A stretch of DNA of 64,000 nucleotides from Anaeramoeba ignava BMAN (taxonomy: Eukaryota > Protista > Anaeramoebae), in contig JAPDFW010000081.1 of NCBI GenBank assembly GCA_028826165.1, positions 558,001-622,000 of the forward strand. The letters are read 5' to 3'. Below are positions 1 to 11,700 of the stretch, one piece after another. Below the pieces are notes generated by a model that worked only from the letters and a program-made list of their open reading frames with translations, was not told the origin of the DNA and ran no database searches. Positions within the stretch are counted from its first letter, which is position 1, and the number at the start of each line of letters is the position of its first letter. Made by a program: the position numbers and the translations under genes.

Positions 1-1
1 A

Positions 2-1387
2 ATCAGTCTTTTTGAAGATCCTGATGGAAACGACAGCAATTTCAAAATCAAAACACCTGATCGAACATTTTTTTGTCATCGAAACATTTTAAAATATCGT
101 TCAAGTTATTTTGAAGGACTTTTTCGGTCGAATTATCAAGAAACGCAACAAGGCGAAATTACTTTCAATGATATTTCAACACAAGTCATGGAAAAAGTGC
201 TTATTTTTCTTTATTCAGGACGCGTTGAAATGGATCGAGAAAACGCGGTCGACATTCTCCTTGTTGCTAATAAGCTTTTGATTGAAAATCTCAAGCAATT
301 TTCAGAGCAATTTGTTTCTGAGAATTTGACTGATGAAAATATTTGGGATGTTTGCAATATCGCAACTCATTTTCAATGCGAGTATTTACAGAAAAAATGT
401 GTTGATTTTATCGGTTTAAAAGCAGATTTTTTTCTGCATCAAAAAGGATTTCTTGAAATTGCAGAAAGTTTATTTGAAATGATTCTCAAATCAACGTATT
501 TGGTTGTTAATAAAGAACTTAATTTGGTTTATTCCCTTATCAAATGGGGACAAAAACAGACAGAGCAAATTGTGCAAAATGTTGTGAAAGGAATCCAACT
601 TGAAGAAGTTGCAGAGAAAATTTCAAATCTTATTCGGTTCATTCGTTTTGTTTCCATTTCGCGAGATGAATACTTAAAAATTAAAGAAATGAAAGTTATT
701 CCGAAGGATCTTGACGAAGATTTGAGTGATTTCTATTCAAGCACAAGCAGCCAAAGGAACAAAATAATCAATGAATCATTAACAAACGAGAAGAAAATAT
801 ATTTCAATCCAAGATGCTCAAGATATTTTCTTTCATCGGATATTTTAAGAGGAACGAGAGAGTATCAAGAAAACCTTGAGAAATGGGTTAATGACAAAGA
901 TTTCCTTGAAAATATGGAACTGCGTTTTTTTGCGAATCAAGGCGAAACCAATACCAAGAATTTTTATACTGATTGTGGCGGCGCGGGAAAAACTCTAATT
1001 ATTATTCAATCGCAAGAAGGATTTGTTTTTGGTGGTTATACTTCTATAGGTTGGCCAACATCTGTTTCTTACAATGAAATTAATGATAATCAAGCCTTTT
1101 TATTCACTCTTAAAAATCCTCTTGGTTTTTCTCCTGATAAATTACCTATTATTCAAGGAAATGAATACATGGCTTTGTATTCTGAAGATGGTTATGGTCC
1201 TATTTTTGGTTCTGGTTATGATCTTGCTATTCAATCTGATTTAATTAATGGTCAATCTGATATTGGTTATACTTATCAAGCTCCTGCTGGTATTATGTCT
1301 GGTTCTAATTTGTCTCAGACTTTCTTTTCTGGTTCTAATTCGTTTCATATTCAAAGAATGGAAGTTTTTTGTGAACGGAAGATTTAA
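2..1387 (+). CDS. BTB/POZ-BACK-TLDc domain protein (5' end outside window)
   Basis: The frame is open from position 2: ...SNFKIKTPDRTFFCHRNILKYRSSYFEGLF...VLIFLYSG is a BTB domain, followed by a BACK-like helical region. The C-terminus carries TLDc motifs (GKTLIIIQSQEGFVFGGYTSIGW, AFLFTL, YGPIFGSGYDL, MEVF). Confidence 0.9.
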   Translation: MSLFEDPDGNDSNFKIKTPDRTFFCHRNILKYRSSYFEGLFRSNYQETQQGEITFNDISTQVMEKVLIFLYSGRVEMDRENAVDILLVANKLLIENLKQFSEQFVSENLTDENIWDVCNIATHFQCEYLQKKCVDFIGLKADFFLHQKGFLEIAESLFEMILKSTYLVVNKELNLVYSLIKWGQKQTEQIVQNVVKGIQLEEVAEKISNLIRFIRFVSISRDEYLKIKEMKVIPKDLDEDLSDFYSSTSSQRNKIINESLTNEKKIYFNPRCSRYFLSSDILRGTREYQENLEKWVNDKDFLENMELRFFANQGETNTKNFYTDCGGAGKTLIIIQSQEGFVFGGYTSIGWPTSVSYNEINDNQAFLFTLKNPLGFSPDKLPIIQGNEYMALYSEDGYGPIFGSGYDLAIQSDLINGQSDIGYTYQAPAGIMSGSNLSQTFFSGSNSFHIQRMEVFCERKI

Positions 1388-2186
1388 TGAAATTTATTTA
1401 CAAACAACTTAAAATTCAAATTCAAAATCAAAATCAAATCAAATTCAAAATCAAAATATAAATGAAAATCAAAATATAAATCAAAATATAAATCAAAATC
1501 AAAATCAAAATCAAAATATAAATATAAATCAAAATCAAAATCAAAATATAAATCAAAATATAAATTAAAATTAAAATCAAAATATAAATCAAAATATAAA
1601 TTCAAAATATAAATCAAAATCAAAATCAAAATCAAAATCAAAATCAAAATATAAATCAAAATATAAATCAAAATCAAATTATAAATCAAAATCAAATTAT
1701 AAATCAAAATCAAAATATAAATCAAAATCAAAATATAAATCAAAATCAAAATCAAAATATAAATCAAAATATAAATCAAAATATAAATCAAAATATAAAT
1801 CAAAATATAAATCAAAATATAAATCAAAATATAAATCAAAATATAAATCAAAATCAAAATCAAAATATAAATCAAAATCAAAATATAAATCAAAATCAAA
1901 ATATAAATCAAAATCAAAATCAAAATCAAAATCAAAATATTCAAAATCAAAATATAAATCAAAATCAAAATATAAATCAAAATCAAAATCAAAATCAAAT
2001 TCAAAATAAAATTCAAATCCAAAATTGAAATTGAAAATTTATTAAATTAAAAATAAACTTCAAATGAAAATTCAATTGAAATCTCATTTCAAAAAATTTC
2101 CTCAATAAAGAAAAAGTAATTTTGATTTTCAATTCCATTTTCAATTAAAAAAAAAACACTTTCTTTTTTCTTTCTTTCTTTTTGTT

Positions 2187-4386
2187 TTAAACTAATTTGA
2201 TATCTTTTACTAAATTTCTCATAATTGTATCAGAAACTGATTTAAAAACTCGATCAATATTTTGAGTATCAACAGCACAAGTTTTAAAAACATATAATTT
2301 TCTAGTTTGATTTCCAATCAATCCACTTATATATTCAAATTTTCCTTTAATAAATCTATAAGCATCTTGATAATTTTTTGCTCTTCCTTTTGATTTAAAT
2401 TTCCAAAAAAAATATTATTTTCATTTAAAATTTCTTTCATTTATTTATTCCATTTTTATTTTGATTTTACCATTATATTCAGGAAAACAAGTTTCTAAAC
2501 CAACTTCTTTAATTCTTTTTTTAAATAAATCTTTTTTATTTAAAAATAAAATCATTGAAGTATCTGCAAACCAAGGACTGTGACAAATTTCTCGAAATAA
2601 ACTTAAAGCTTCCTTTTTTGTTTTAAATCAATATTCAAATCAATTTAATTTAATTTAATTCAATAACCAATATTTATTTCAATATTCAATTCAATATTAA
2701 ATATTCAATTCAATATTAAATATTCAATATTCAATATTCAATATTAAATTCAATATTTAATATTTAATATTCAATATTTAATATTTAATTCAATATTTAA
2801 TAATCAATATTTAATATTCAATATTTAATATTTAATTCAATATTTAATAATCAATATTTAATATTCAATTTAATATTCAATTCAATATTTAATATTTAAT
2901 TTAATTCAATTTAATATTCAATTAATATTCAATTCAATATTCAATATTCAATTCAATATTCAATATTTACATGCATTCTATTCACAGATTCATCTTCTCT
3001 TAATTTTTGATCATATCCAATTAAAGAAGCACAAAAAATTACTGAAGTTGAATTACAAAAATAATGAATCCTTTGTTTGTTTTTTAAAAAAAACATTTTT
3101 AATAACAAAAGAGGAATTTTGTAATTTTGTAATTTTGTTGTTTTTTGATTTTTAAAATACCATTTTCTTCTTGCAGTTCTTTGTCCTCCAACATCAACCA
3201 TTATAAAAGATAAATTATTAATTTTAAACCTTGATTCTACAATTTGATCTGTTCTAATTCTACAATGAAGAACATCTTGTTCTGTTGGAATATAATCTTC
3301 TTTTCCAATTCTTTCAATATTTTCAAAAAAACTATTCAATCCAAATCAAATCAATATTCAATATTCAATATTCAATATTCAATTCAATATTCAATATTCA
3401 ATTCAATATCTAATTTAATATTCAATTCAATATTCAATTCAATATTCAATATTTAATTCAATTTAATATTTAATTTAATATTTAATTTAATTCAATATTC
3501 AATTCAATATTCATTTAATTCAATATTTAATATTCAATTCAATTCAATTTAATATTTAATTCAATATTCAATATTCAATATTTAATATTCAATATTTAAT
3601 ATTTAATATTTAATATTTAATATTTAATATTTAATTCAATATTTATTTCAATTCAATATTCAATTCAAAATTTAATTCAATATTTAATTCAATATTCTAA
3701 TTCAATATTTAATTCAATAATTTTGAAATTATGTTTAATGTACTAAATTGTAGAATCATTAAATTGAAAATTTTTATCTTTATTTTCATAAGTTTTTTTA
3801 ATTCCTTGATCTTCCCATAAAGTTTGAATCCAATTAACAAATTGATAATTCATTTCAAAATTATTTGAATTAATTTCAAGGAATTTTAAAGCAATTTCCT
3901 TAAAAAAAATAAGAAAAATAAAAAGAAATGTTTGATAATTTTGCAAGAAATAAGTAAATTAAATTAAATATTTTTTTTATACTTGATTTTCAATTGGAAT
4001 TCCTAATTTTTCAGCTTCATTTATTAAAGCTTTCATTTGAGAAATACAATTCTCATAAATATAAGGTTTATAAAAAACTGATTCTTCTTTTCCAAATTTC
4101 CCATTTTGCAAAATTTTCATTTGTTTAAATAAAGTACTTTTTCCTGATTCTCCAGCTCCTTTTTAAATATAAAATTTAAATATAAAATTTAATTATAAAA
4201 TTTAATTATAAAATTTAATTATAAAATTTAATTATAAAATTTAATTCATTTTTTTTTACCAAGAAGAAGGATTCTTATTTCATTTTGTAGAAATATTTTA
4301 TCCTGCTTTAAAAGAGAATCAATTCTTTTATTTCTTTTTTGCATTTCTTTCTCTTCTTCTGTTAAATCTGAATTACAATTTCCCAT
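2187..4386 (-). CDS. Heterotrimeric G-protein alpha subunit, 7 exons
   Basis: Spliced exons (approx. 4386-4260, 4158-3983, 3898-3744, 3331-3161, 3070-2971, 2612-2471, ~2386-2187) give an MGNCNS N-terminus, [28 protein letters not shown] and TCAVDT. All junctions are GT-AG. Confidence 0.95.
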
Positions 4387-4424
4387 TTTTAAAAAACAAT
4401 TAAAAAAAAATTAAAAAAAAAATG

Positions 4425-4665
4425 AAAATTCAATTTTCGAATCTTTAATTATTTTTGTTTAAATTAAAAATTAAAATTGGAATTGGTTTTAAATTTGATT
4501 TTGAAATTAAATTTTTGAATCTTTAATTATTTTTGTTTAAATTAAAAATTAAAATTGGAATTGGTTTTAAATTTGATTTTAAAATTCAATTTTCGAATCT
4601 TTAATTATTTTTGTTTAAATTTAAAATTAAAATTGGAATTGGTTTTGAATTGATTTTAAAATTGG
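4425..4665. repeat. Three tandem copies of a 78-bp unit filling the intergenic space upstream of G-alpha
   Basis: atctttaattatttttgtttaaatt...ttggaattggtttt recurs at 4441, 4519 and 4597 (period 78). Confidence 0.9.
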
Positions 4666-4673
4666 AATTGATT

Positions 4674-7600
4674 TTAAAAAATAAAGCAATCACTCTTTTT
4701 CTTTTTTAGTTTTTTTTCTTGTTTTTTTAGAGGTGGATTTTGATATTGATTTTGATATTGATTTGGATTTTGATATTGATTTGGATTTTGATATTGATTT
4801 GGATTTTGATATTGATTTGGATTTTGATATTGATTTGGATTTGGATTTGAATTTAAAGTTGGATTTGTTGGCTTCTTTTTTTTTCTTCTTCTTCTCCTTT
4901 GTTGAGTTTGATTTGTTTTTCTTGGATTTGGGTTGTTTGAATTTTGATTTAATGATGAATTTGGATTAAATAAATTATTTAATCCTGTATCATTTGAAAA
5001 TGATCCTCTTCTTTGCCTTCTTGGATTTGGTTTTGTTTTTGGCTTTTTTTTTAGAACTGATTTTTTTTTTAGAACAGGTTTTGTTTGAATTGAATTATTT
5101 GGATTATATTGATTTGTAATTTTGTTTGAATTTTGATTTAATGATGAATTAGGATTAAATAAATTATTTAATCCTGTATCATTTGAGAATGATCCTCTTC
5201 TTTGATTTGTTTGATTTGATTTTTGTTTTTGGTTTTTTTTTTCGAACTGATTTTTTTAGAACTGATTTTGTTTGAATTGAATTATTTGGATTATATTGAT
5301 TTGTAATTTTGTTTGAATTTCGATTTAAAATGGAATTTTCATTAAATAAATTATTTAATCCTGTATCATTTGAAAATGATCCTTTTCTTTGATTTGTTTG
5401 ATTTGATTTTGGATTTGGTTTTTTTTTTCGAACTGATTTTTTTAGAACTGATTTTTTTTTTAGAACAGGTTTTGTTTGAATTGAATTATTTGGATTATAT
5501 TGATTTGTAATTTTGTTTGAATTTTGATTTAATGATGAATTTGGATTAAATAAATTATTTAATCCTGTATCATTTGAGAATGATCCTCTTCTTTGATTTG
5601 TTTGATTTGTTTTTGTTTTTGGTTTTTTTTTTCGAACTGATTTTTTTAGAACTGATTTTGTTTGAATTGAATTATTTGGATTATATTGATTTGTAATTTT
5701 GTTTGAATTTCGATTTAAAATGGAATTTTCATTAAATAAATTATTTAATCCTGTATCATTTGAAAATGATCCTCTTCTTTGATTTGTTTGATTTGTTTTT
5801 GTTTTTGATTTTTTTTTTGGTTTTTTTTTTGGTTTTTTTTTTGGAATTGGTTTTGTTTGAATTGAATTATTTGGATTATATTGATTTGTAATTTTGTTTG
5901 AATTTCGATTTAAAATGGAATTTTCATTAAATAAATTATTTAATCCTGTATCATTTGAAAATGAATCACTTCTTTTTTTTGCTTTTTGCCTTTCTGCTCT
6001 ATCTAATAAATGATTTAATCGAATATCATTTGAAAATGAATCACCTCTTTTTCTTGGTTTTTGTTTTTGTTTTTCTTCTATATTTAATAAATAATCCAAA
6101 TCAATATCATTTAAAAAAGAATTATTTTCTTCTTTTGGTCTTTCTTTTTCTTCTATATTTAATAAGTAATTTAATCCAATATCATTTGGAAATGAATTAT
6201 TTTTTTCTTTTTCTTTTTCTTTTGTATTAAATAAATTATTTAATCCTGTATCATTTGAAAATGATCCTCTTCTTTTTTTTTCTTTTTTTTCTTTTTTTTC
6301 TTTTGTATTTAATGAATTATTCAAATCAATAGTATTTGAGAATGATCCTCTTCTTTTTTGAATTTTTTGATTTGGATTTACCATATCCAATTTTCCTAAA
6401 GCATCCATTTCTTCTTTTGATACTTTATAATTTAAATATTTTATAATTTAAATATTTTTATAATTTAAATATTTTTATAATCTAAATATTTTTATAATTT
6501 AAATACTTTTATAATTTAAATATTTTTATAATCCAAATACTTTTATAATTTAAATATTTTTATAATTTAAATACTTGATAATTTAAATATTTTTATAATC
6601 TAAATATTTTTATAATTTAAATATCTTTATAATTTAAATATTTTTATAATTTAAATATTTTATAAATTAAATATTTTTATAATTTAAATATTTTTATAAA
6701 TTAAATATTTTTATAAATTAAATATTTTTATAATCTAAATATTTTTATAATTTAAATATTTTTATAATTTAAATATTTCTATAATTTAAATATTTTATAA
6801 TCTAAATAATTTATAATTTAAATATTTTTATAATTTAAATATTTTTATAATTTAAATATTTTATAATTTAAATATTTTTATAATTTAAATATTTTATAAT
6901 CTAAATATTTTTATAATTTTAAATATTTTTTATAATTTAAATATTTTTATAATTTAAATACTTTTATAATTTAAATATTTCTATAATTTAAATATTTTTA
7001 TAATTTAAATATTTTTATAATTTAAATATTTTTATAATTTAAATATTTTTATAATTTAAATATTTTTATAATTTAAATATTTTTATAATTTAAATATTTT
7101 TATAATTTAAATATTTTTATAATTTAAATATTTTTATAATTTAAATATTTTTATAATTCAAATATTTTTATAATTTAAATAATTTATAATCTAAATATTT
7201 TTATAATCCAAATATTTTTATAATTTAAATATTTTTATAATTTAAATATTTTTATAATCTAAAATATTTTTATAATTTAAATATTTTTATAATTTAAATA
7301 TTTTTATAATTTAAATATTTTTATAATTTAAATATTTTTATAATTTAAATATTTTTATAATCTAAATATTTTTATAATTTAAATATTTTATAATTTAAAT
7401 ATTTTTATAATTTAAATATTTTATAATTTAAATATTTTTATAATTTAAATATTTTATAATTTAAATATTTTTATAATTTAAATATTTTTATAATTTAAAT
7501 ATTTTTATAATTTAAATATTTTTATAATTTAAATATTTTTATAATCCAAATATTTTTATAATCTAAATAATTTATAATCTAAATATTTTTATAATCCAAA

Positions 7601-8345
7601 TATTTTTATAATTTAAATAATTTTATAATCCAAATATTTTTATAATTTAAATAATTTATAATCTAAATATTTTTATAATTTAAATATTTTTATAATTTAA
7701 ATATTTTTATAATCTAAATAATTTATAATCTAAATATTTTTATAATTTAAATATTTTTATAATTTAAATATTTTATAATTTAAATAATTTTATAATTTAA
7801 ATATTTTTATAATTTAAATATTTTTATAATTTAAATATTTTATAATTTAAATATTTTATAATTTAAATATTTTATAATCTAAATAATTTATAATTTAAAT
7901 ATTTTTATAATCCAAATACTTTTTATAATCTAAATATTTCTATAATCCAAATATTTTTATAATTTAAATATTTTTATAATTTAAATATTTCTATAATCCA
8001 AATATTTTTATAATTTAAATAATTTATAATCCAAATATTTTTATAATTTACAATTTATCGAATTGTTATCAGTAATGTTTAAATTGGTTTGTGTTAAAGA
8101 GTTTCCTATAATTTCATTATTATAATTTTGAGATTCTGAATTTAAATATAATGGTAGATTTTCTCCAAAAATTTGCATGTAAATTGTTTTTAACATTTCT
8201 TCAAATTGAAAAATTGAATCAAAAATTTTGTTTATTTGTTGATTTTGAATTGATTGATCAATTTCAATAAGAATTCCAAGAAATTTTTCTTTTTCTTCAA
8301 AAGGAATTAAATCTTAAAAAATTAAAAAATTAAATGTTTTGTTTT

Positions 8346-8376
<31 letters not shown>

Positions 8377-8476
8377 AAATACTAAATAATTCTAAATCTT
8401 CTTGGATTTGTTTTTTGAGATTTTCTTGTGAAATTTGATTAATTTTGTTTTTAACTTGTTGATAATAAAAATCCAT
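4674..8476 (-). CDS. Low-complexity protein with ~60-aa RRGSFSNDTGLNNLFN repeats and a polybasic CaaX C-terminus; one apparent +1 frameshift near 5220
   Basis: Exons 8476-8383, 8312-~8052 and 6422-4674 join in frame via GT-AG introns. After removing one extra A near 5220, the repeat continues to ...KKLKKKKSDCFIF*. Confidence 0.7.
6425..8050. repeat. Intronic ~17-bp minisatellite (tataatttaaatatttt)n, 1.6 kb
   Basis: Direct inspection; it lies between a minus-strand GT donor (~8051) and AG acceptor (6424). Confidence 0.95.
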
Positions 8477-8707
8477 AAATAAAAAAATAAAAAAATGAAA
8501 AATAAAATGAAATGAAAAAAAAATAAAATGAACTTTTGGTTTTTTTTTAAAAGAAAAAAGAAGGGAAAAAAAGAAGAAAGAAAAAATATTCAAGTCCAAA
8601 TGAATGAATCAATGAATTAAAAAAAAAAAAATCAAGTATTGAAAGGAGATCTTGAATAAAAAGTATAAATGGTTTTTTTTTTTAAAAAAAAATGATAAAA
8701 GAATGAA

Positions 8708-11700
8708 TTAATTATCCAAATTAGTTAAAGATTCAAATTCATGATATTTTTTAAAGAATTTAGATGATTCAATTTGACTATCAAATTTAATAGCAGGATG
8801 AAAATCTTCAGTAACTTCCAATTTTGCCCAAATTGGATTTCTTGATGATTTCAAAAGCTTGCAATTTTTATAAGGAGCTTTATATGTTTTTGAAGATGAA
8901 ATAATTGTGATTCCTTGAGTTGATAAAGTGATTTCACCAGCTCCTCTTTTTTGAGCACTTTCATTGATCTGAACATGAAAGGTGAATTCTTGTTGAGTTG
9001 TTTCGTGGTCACTTTCTTGTTTTTTGGGTTTATCATCACTTGATTTTGTTGATGAAAATGAATCAGTATCACTTGATGTATCCGAATCTTCACTTTTGAT
9101 AATATTATCTATTTTTTTTGGATCATCTATGCTCTTTTTATCTGAATCTTTCAAATCTTTCTTTTCACTTGAATCTTTCTTTTCTTTTGAATCTTTCTTT
9201 TCACTTGAATCTTTCTTTTCACTTGAATCTTTCTTTTCACTTAAATCTTTCTTTTCACTTGAATCTTTCTTTTCACTTGAATCTAAATTTTCAATTTTAT
9301 CAACTGTTTCCTTTAAATCGATTGATTCAATTTGTTTGGGTTTTTCTTTATCTGAATCGAGATCTGAAATTTCAATTTCATCTCCTGAAACTTTGAGTTC
9401 ATTATCTTCTCTTTTTTTGATTTTCAAGGACATTTGACTAAAACGAACAGCAAATTGAACACGATCTTCAAAATCATTAAAGCAAAATTCATAAGAGACA
9501 TCAAGAATAATTTTGCATTTTAAATGGTTATCATTATCGAATTTAATTTTAGAATCTGAATCAATATAATGAATGTGATCACCTTGTTCCTTCTCAAGCT
9601 TGATAATGAAACTTTCTTCTGATAAAATAATAAATGCTTCTTCTTTTCTCTTTTTGTTGTTAACTATTGTTACGTTATAACTGCTTGGAATATTCATATC
9701 AACTTCAATTTCTTTAACTGATGCTTTCTTTTCTGTTAGTAATTCTGCAAATTTATTGCTTGAATATTTTGTATAGAAGTAGAGTTTGAGTTCTTCATTA
9801 AGATAAGTTATTCTTCTCATTCGAGGATTTTTATTGTGAGTAAAAGACTAAAATTATTTTTCAAATTTTAATTTTAATAATTTCATTTAAATAATTTTAT
9901 TTTCAAATTTTAATTTTAATTTTAAATTTCATTTAAATAAATTTATTTTCAAATTTTAATTTTAATTTTAATAATTTCATGTAAATAAATTTATTTTCAA
10001 ATTTTAATTTTAATTTTAATAATTTCATTTAAATAAGTTTATTTTCAAATTTTAATTTTAATTTTAATAATTTCATTTAAATAAATTTATTTTCAAATTT
10101 TAATTTTAATTTTAATAATTTCATTTAAATAAATTTATTTTCAAATTTTAATCTTAATTTTAATTTCATTTTCAAATTTTAATTTTAATTTTAATAATTT
10201 CATTTAAATAAATTTATTTTCAAATTTTAATTTTAATTTTAATAATTTCATTTAAATAAATTTATTTTCAAATTTTAATTTTAATTTTAATTTTAATAAT
10301 TTCATGTAAATAAATTTATTTTCAAATTTTAATTTTAATTTTAATAATTTCATTTAAATAAGTTTATTTTCAAATTTTAATTTTAATTTTAATTTTAATA
10401 ATTTCATTTTCAAATAATTTTTATTTTAAATTTCATGTAAATCAAATTTTCAAATTTTAATTTTTAATAATTTACTTTCAATCCCTTTCTTAATTCAAAA
10501 ATCTTAATAAAAGTTGGAAATAAGAAAGAAAATGTGTTTGGAGTAATTATTGCTGTTCCTCCATATTCTTTTCCATTATGAATAGCTTGGCATGCAAAAT
10601 ATCGATATCTGTGTGTTTCTGGAAGTGGATTTTTTTGGATTTGTAAGAAAATATCCGCAAATTTGCGCATTTTTTGTGGTTTTGGAAATCTGATTAAATA
10701 AATTTTTTCATTTGAGAAAAGAACACGAAGTACTGTAGCAGTTCTTTTAGTTGATGAAATCTAGAAATGATTTTTTTTTTAAAAAAGCATTTTTTGGAAA
10801 TTTCATGTAAATATAAATTTTTTTTTGTTTAATAATTTTAAAGAAGAAAAAAAATTACATTGCTTTTTGAATCTATAATATGAATAGTAGATCTAACATT
10901 CTCTTGAAAAATAGAAACAGCAAATTTGGAGAAAACAATAACAGCAGGTTTAAAAACAGGATTCAAATCTTCAAAAATTTCAATTTCAAAGATAGCATTA
11001 GTATTAATTTTCAAGGATTTATCATAAAAAAGGATAGGACTTTCAGGAAGTTCTTCAAGAATATCATTGACCATTTCCTGTCGAATTTCAAGAGGCAATC
11101 GATCTTGTTCCAAATCAATTTCATCTTCTTTTTCTAATTCTTGTGCTTGTTCTTGTGCTAGTTCTTGTGCTTGAACTGTTGGTTGCCTTATAATTAATGA
11201 AGGATCTTTAGGCAAATTAGATGTTGATTCTTGAATTTGTAAATTAGATGTTTGTGCCGTTAAGTTTAATGTTGAAGAATAAATTGTTTCTTGTCTTGGT
11301 TGTTGGAAAAATTTCACCATGTTGAATTTGTATTTCTCATTAGTATTAACAGAGACATCATTTTTGGGTTGAAATGCTGTGTTTTGAATATATGGTTGAT
11401 AGTCAAATATGATTGAATCAACACTCATTAATGATGTTGTTTTTGAAACTATTTCTTGGAAAAATCGAATCATCCGAAATAGAAAGAATCTTAATTTTGT
11501 ACTTCCGCAATCAAGATAGATTTTTTTGTTGTTGAGAAATTCAAGAATCAATAAACTGTTATTTGAAACTAGTAAAGAAATCTATTTTAATTTTAATTTT
11601 AAATTTCAAAATGAATTTTAATTTTAATATCAAATTTCAAAATGAATTTTAATTTTAATATCAAATTTCAAAATGAATTTTAAATTTAATTTTAATATCA

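Noticed and set aside
1384-2022. 212-aa ILILIY ORF and similar poly-IL/NF/KL/YLFI/EI ORFs (e.g. 26461-26982, 36775-37900, 50610-51224, 56053-56496, 63484-63834)
   Set aside because: These are translations of stop-free microsatellites lying in introns or intergenic DNA.
6425-8050. Regular repeat arrays as possible CRISPR arrays
   Set aside because: They have no unique spacers and no cas genes, and they are head-to-tail AT satellites inside spliceosomal introns of a eukaryote.
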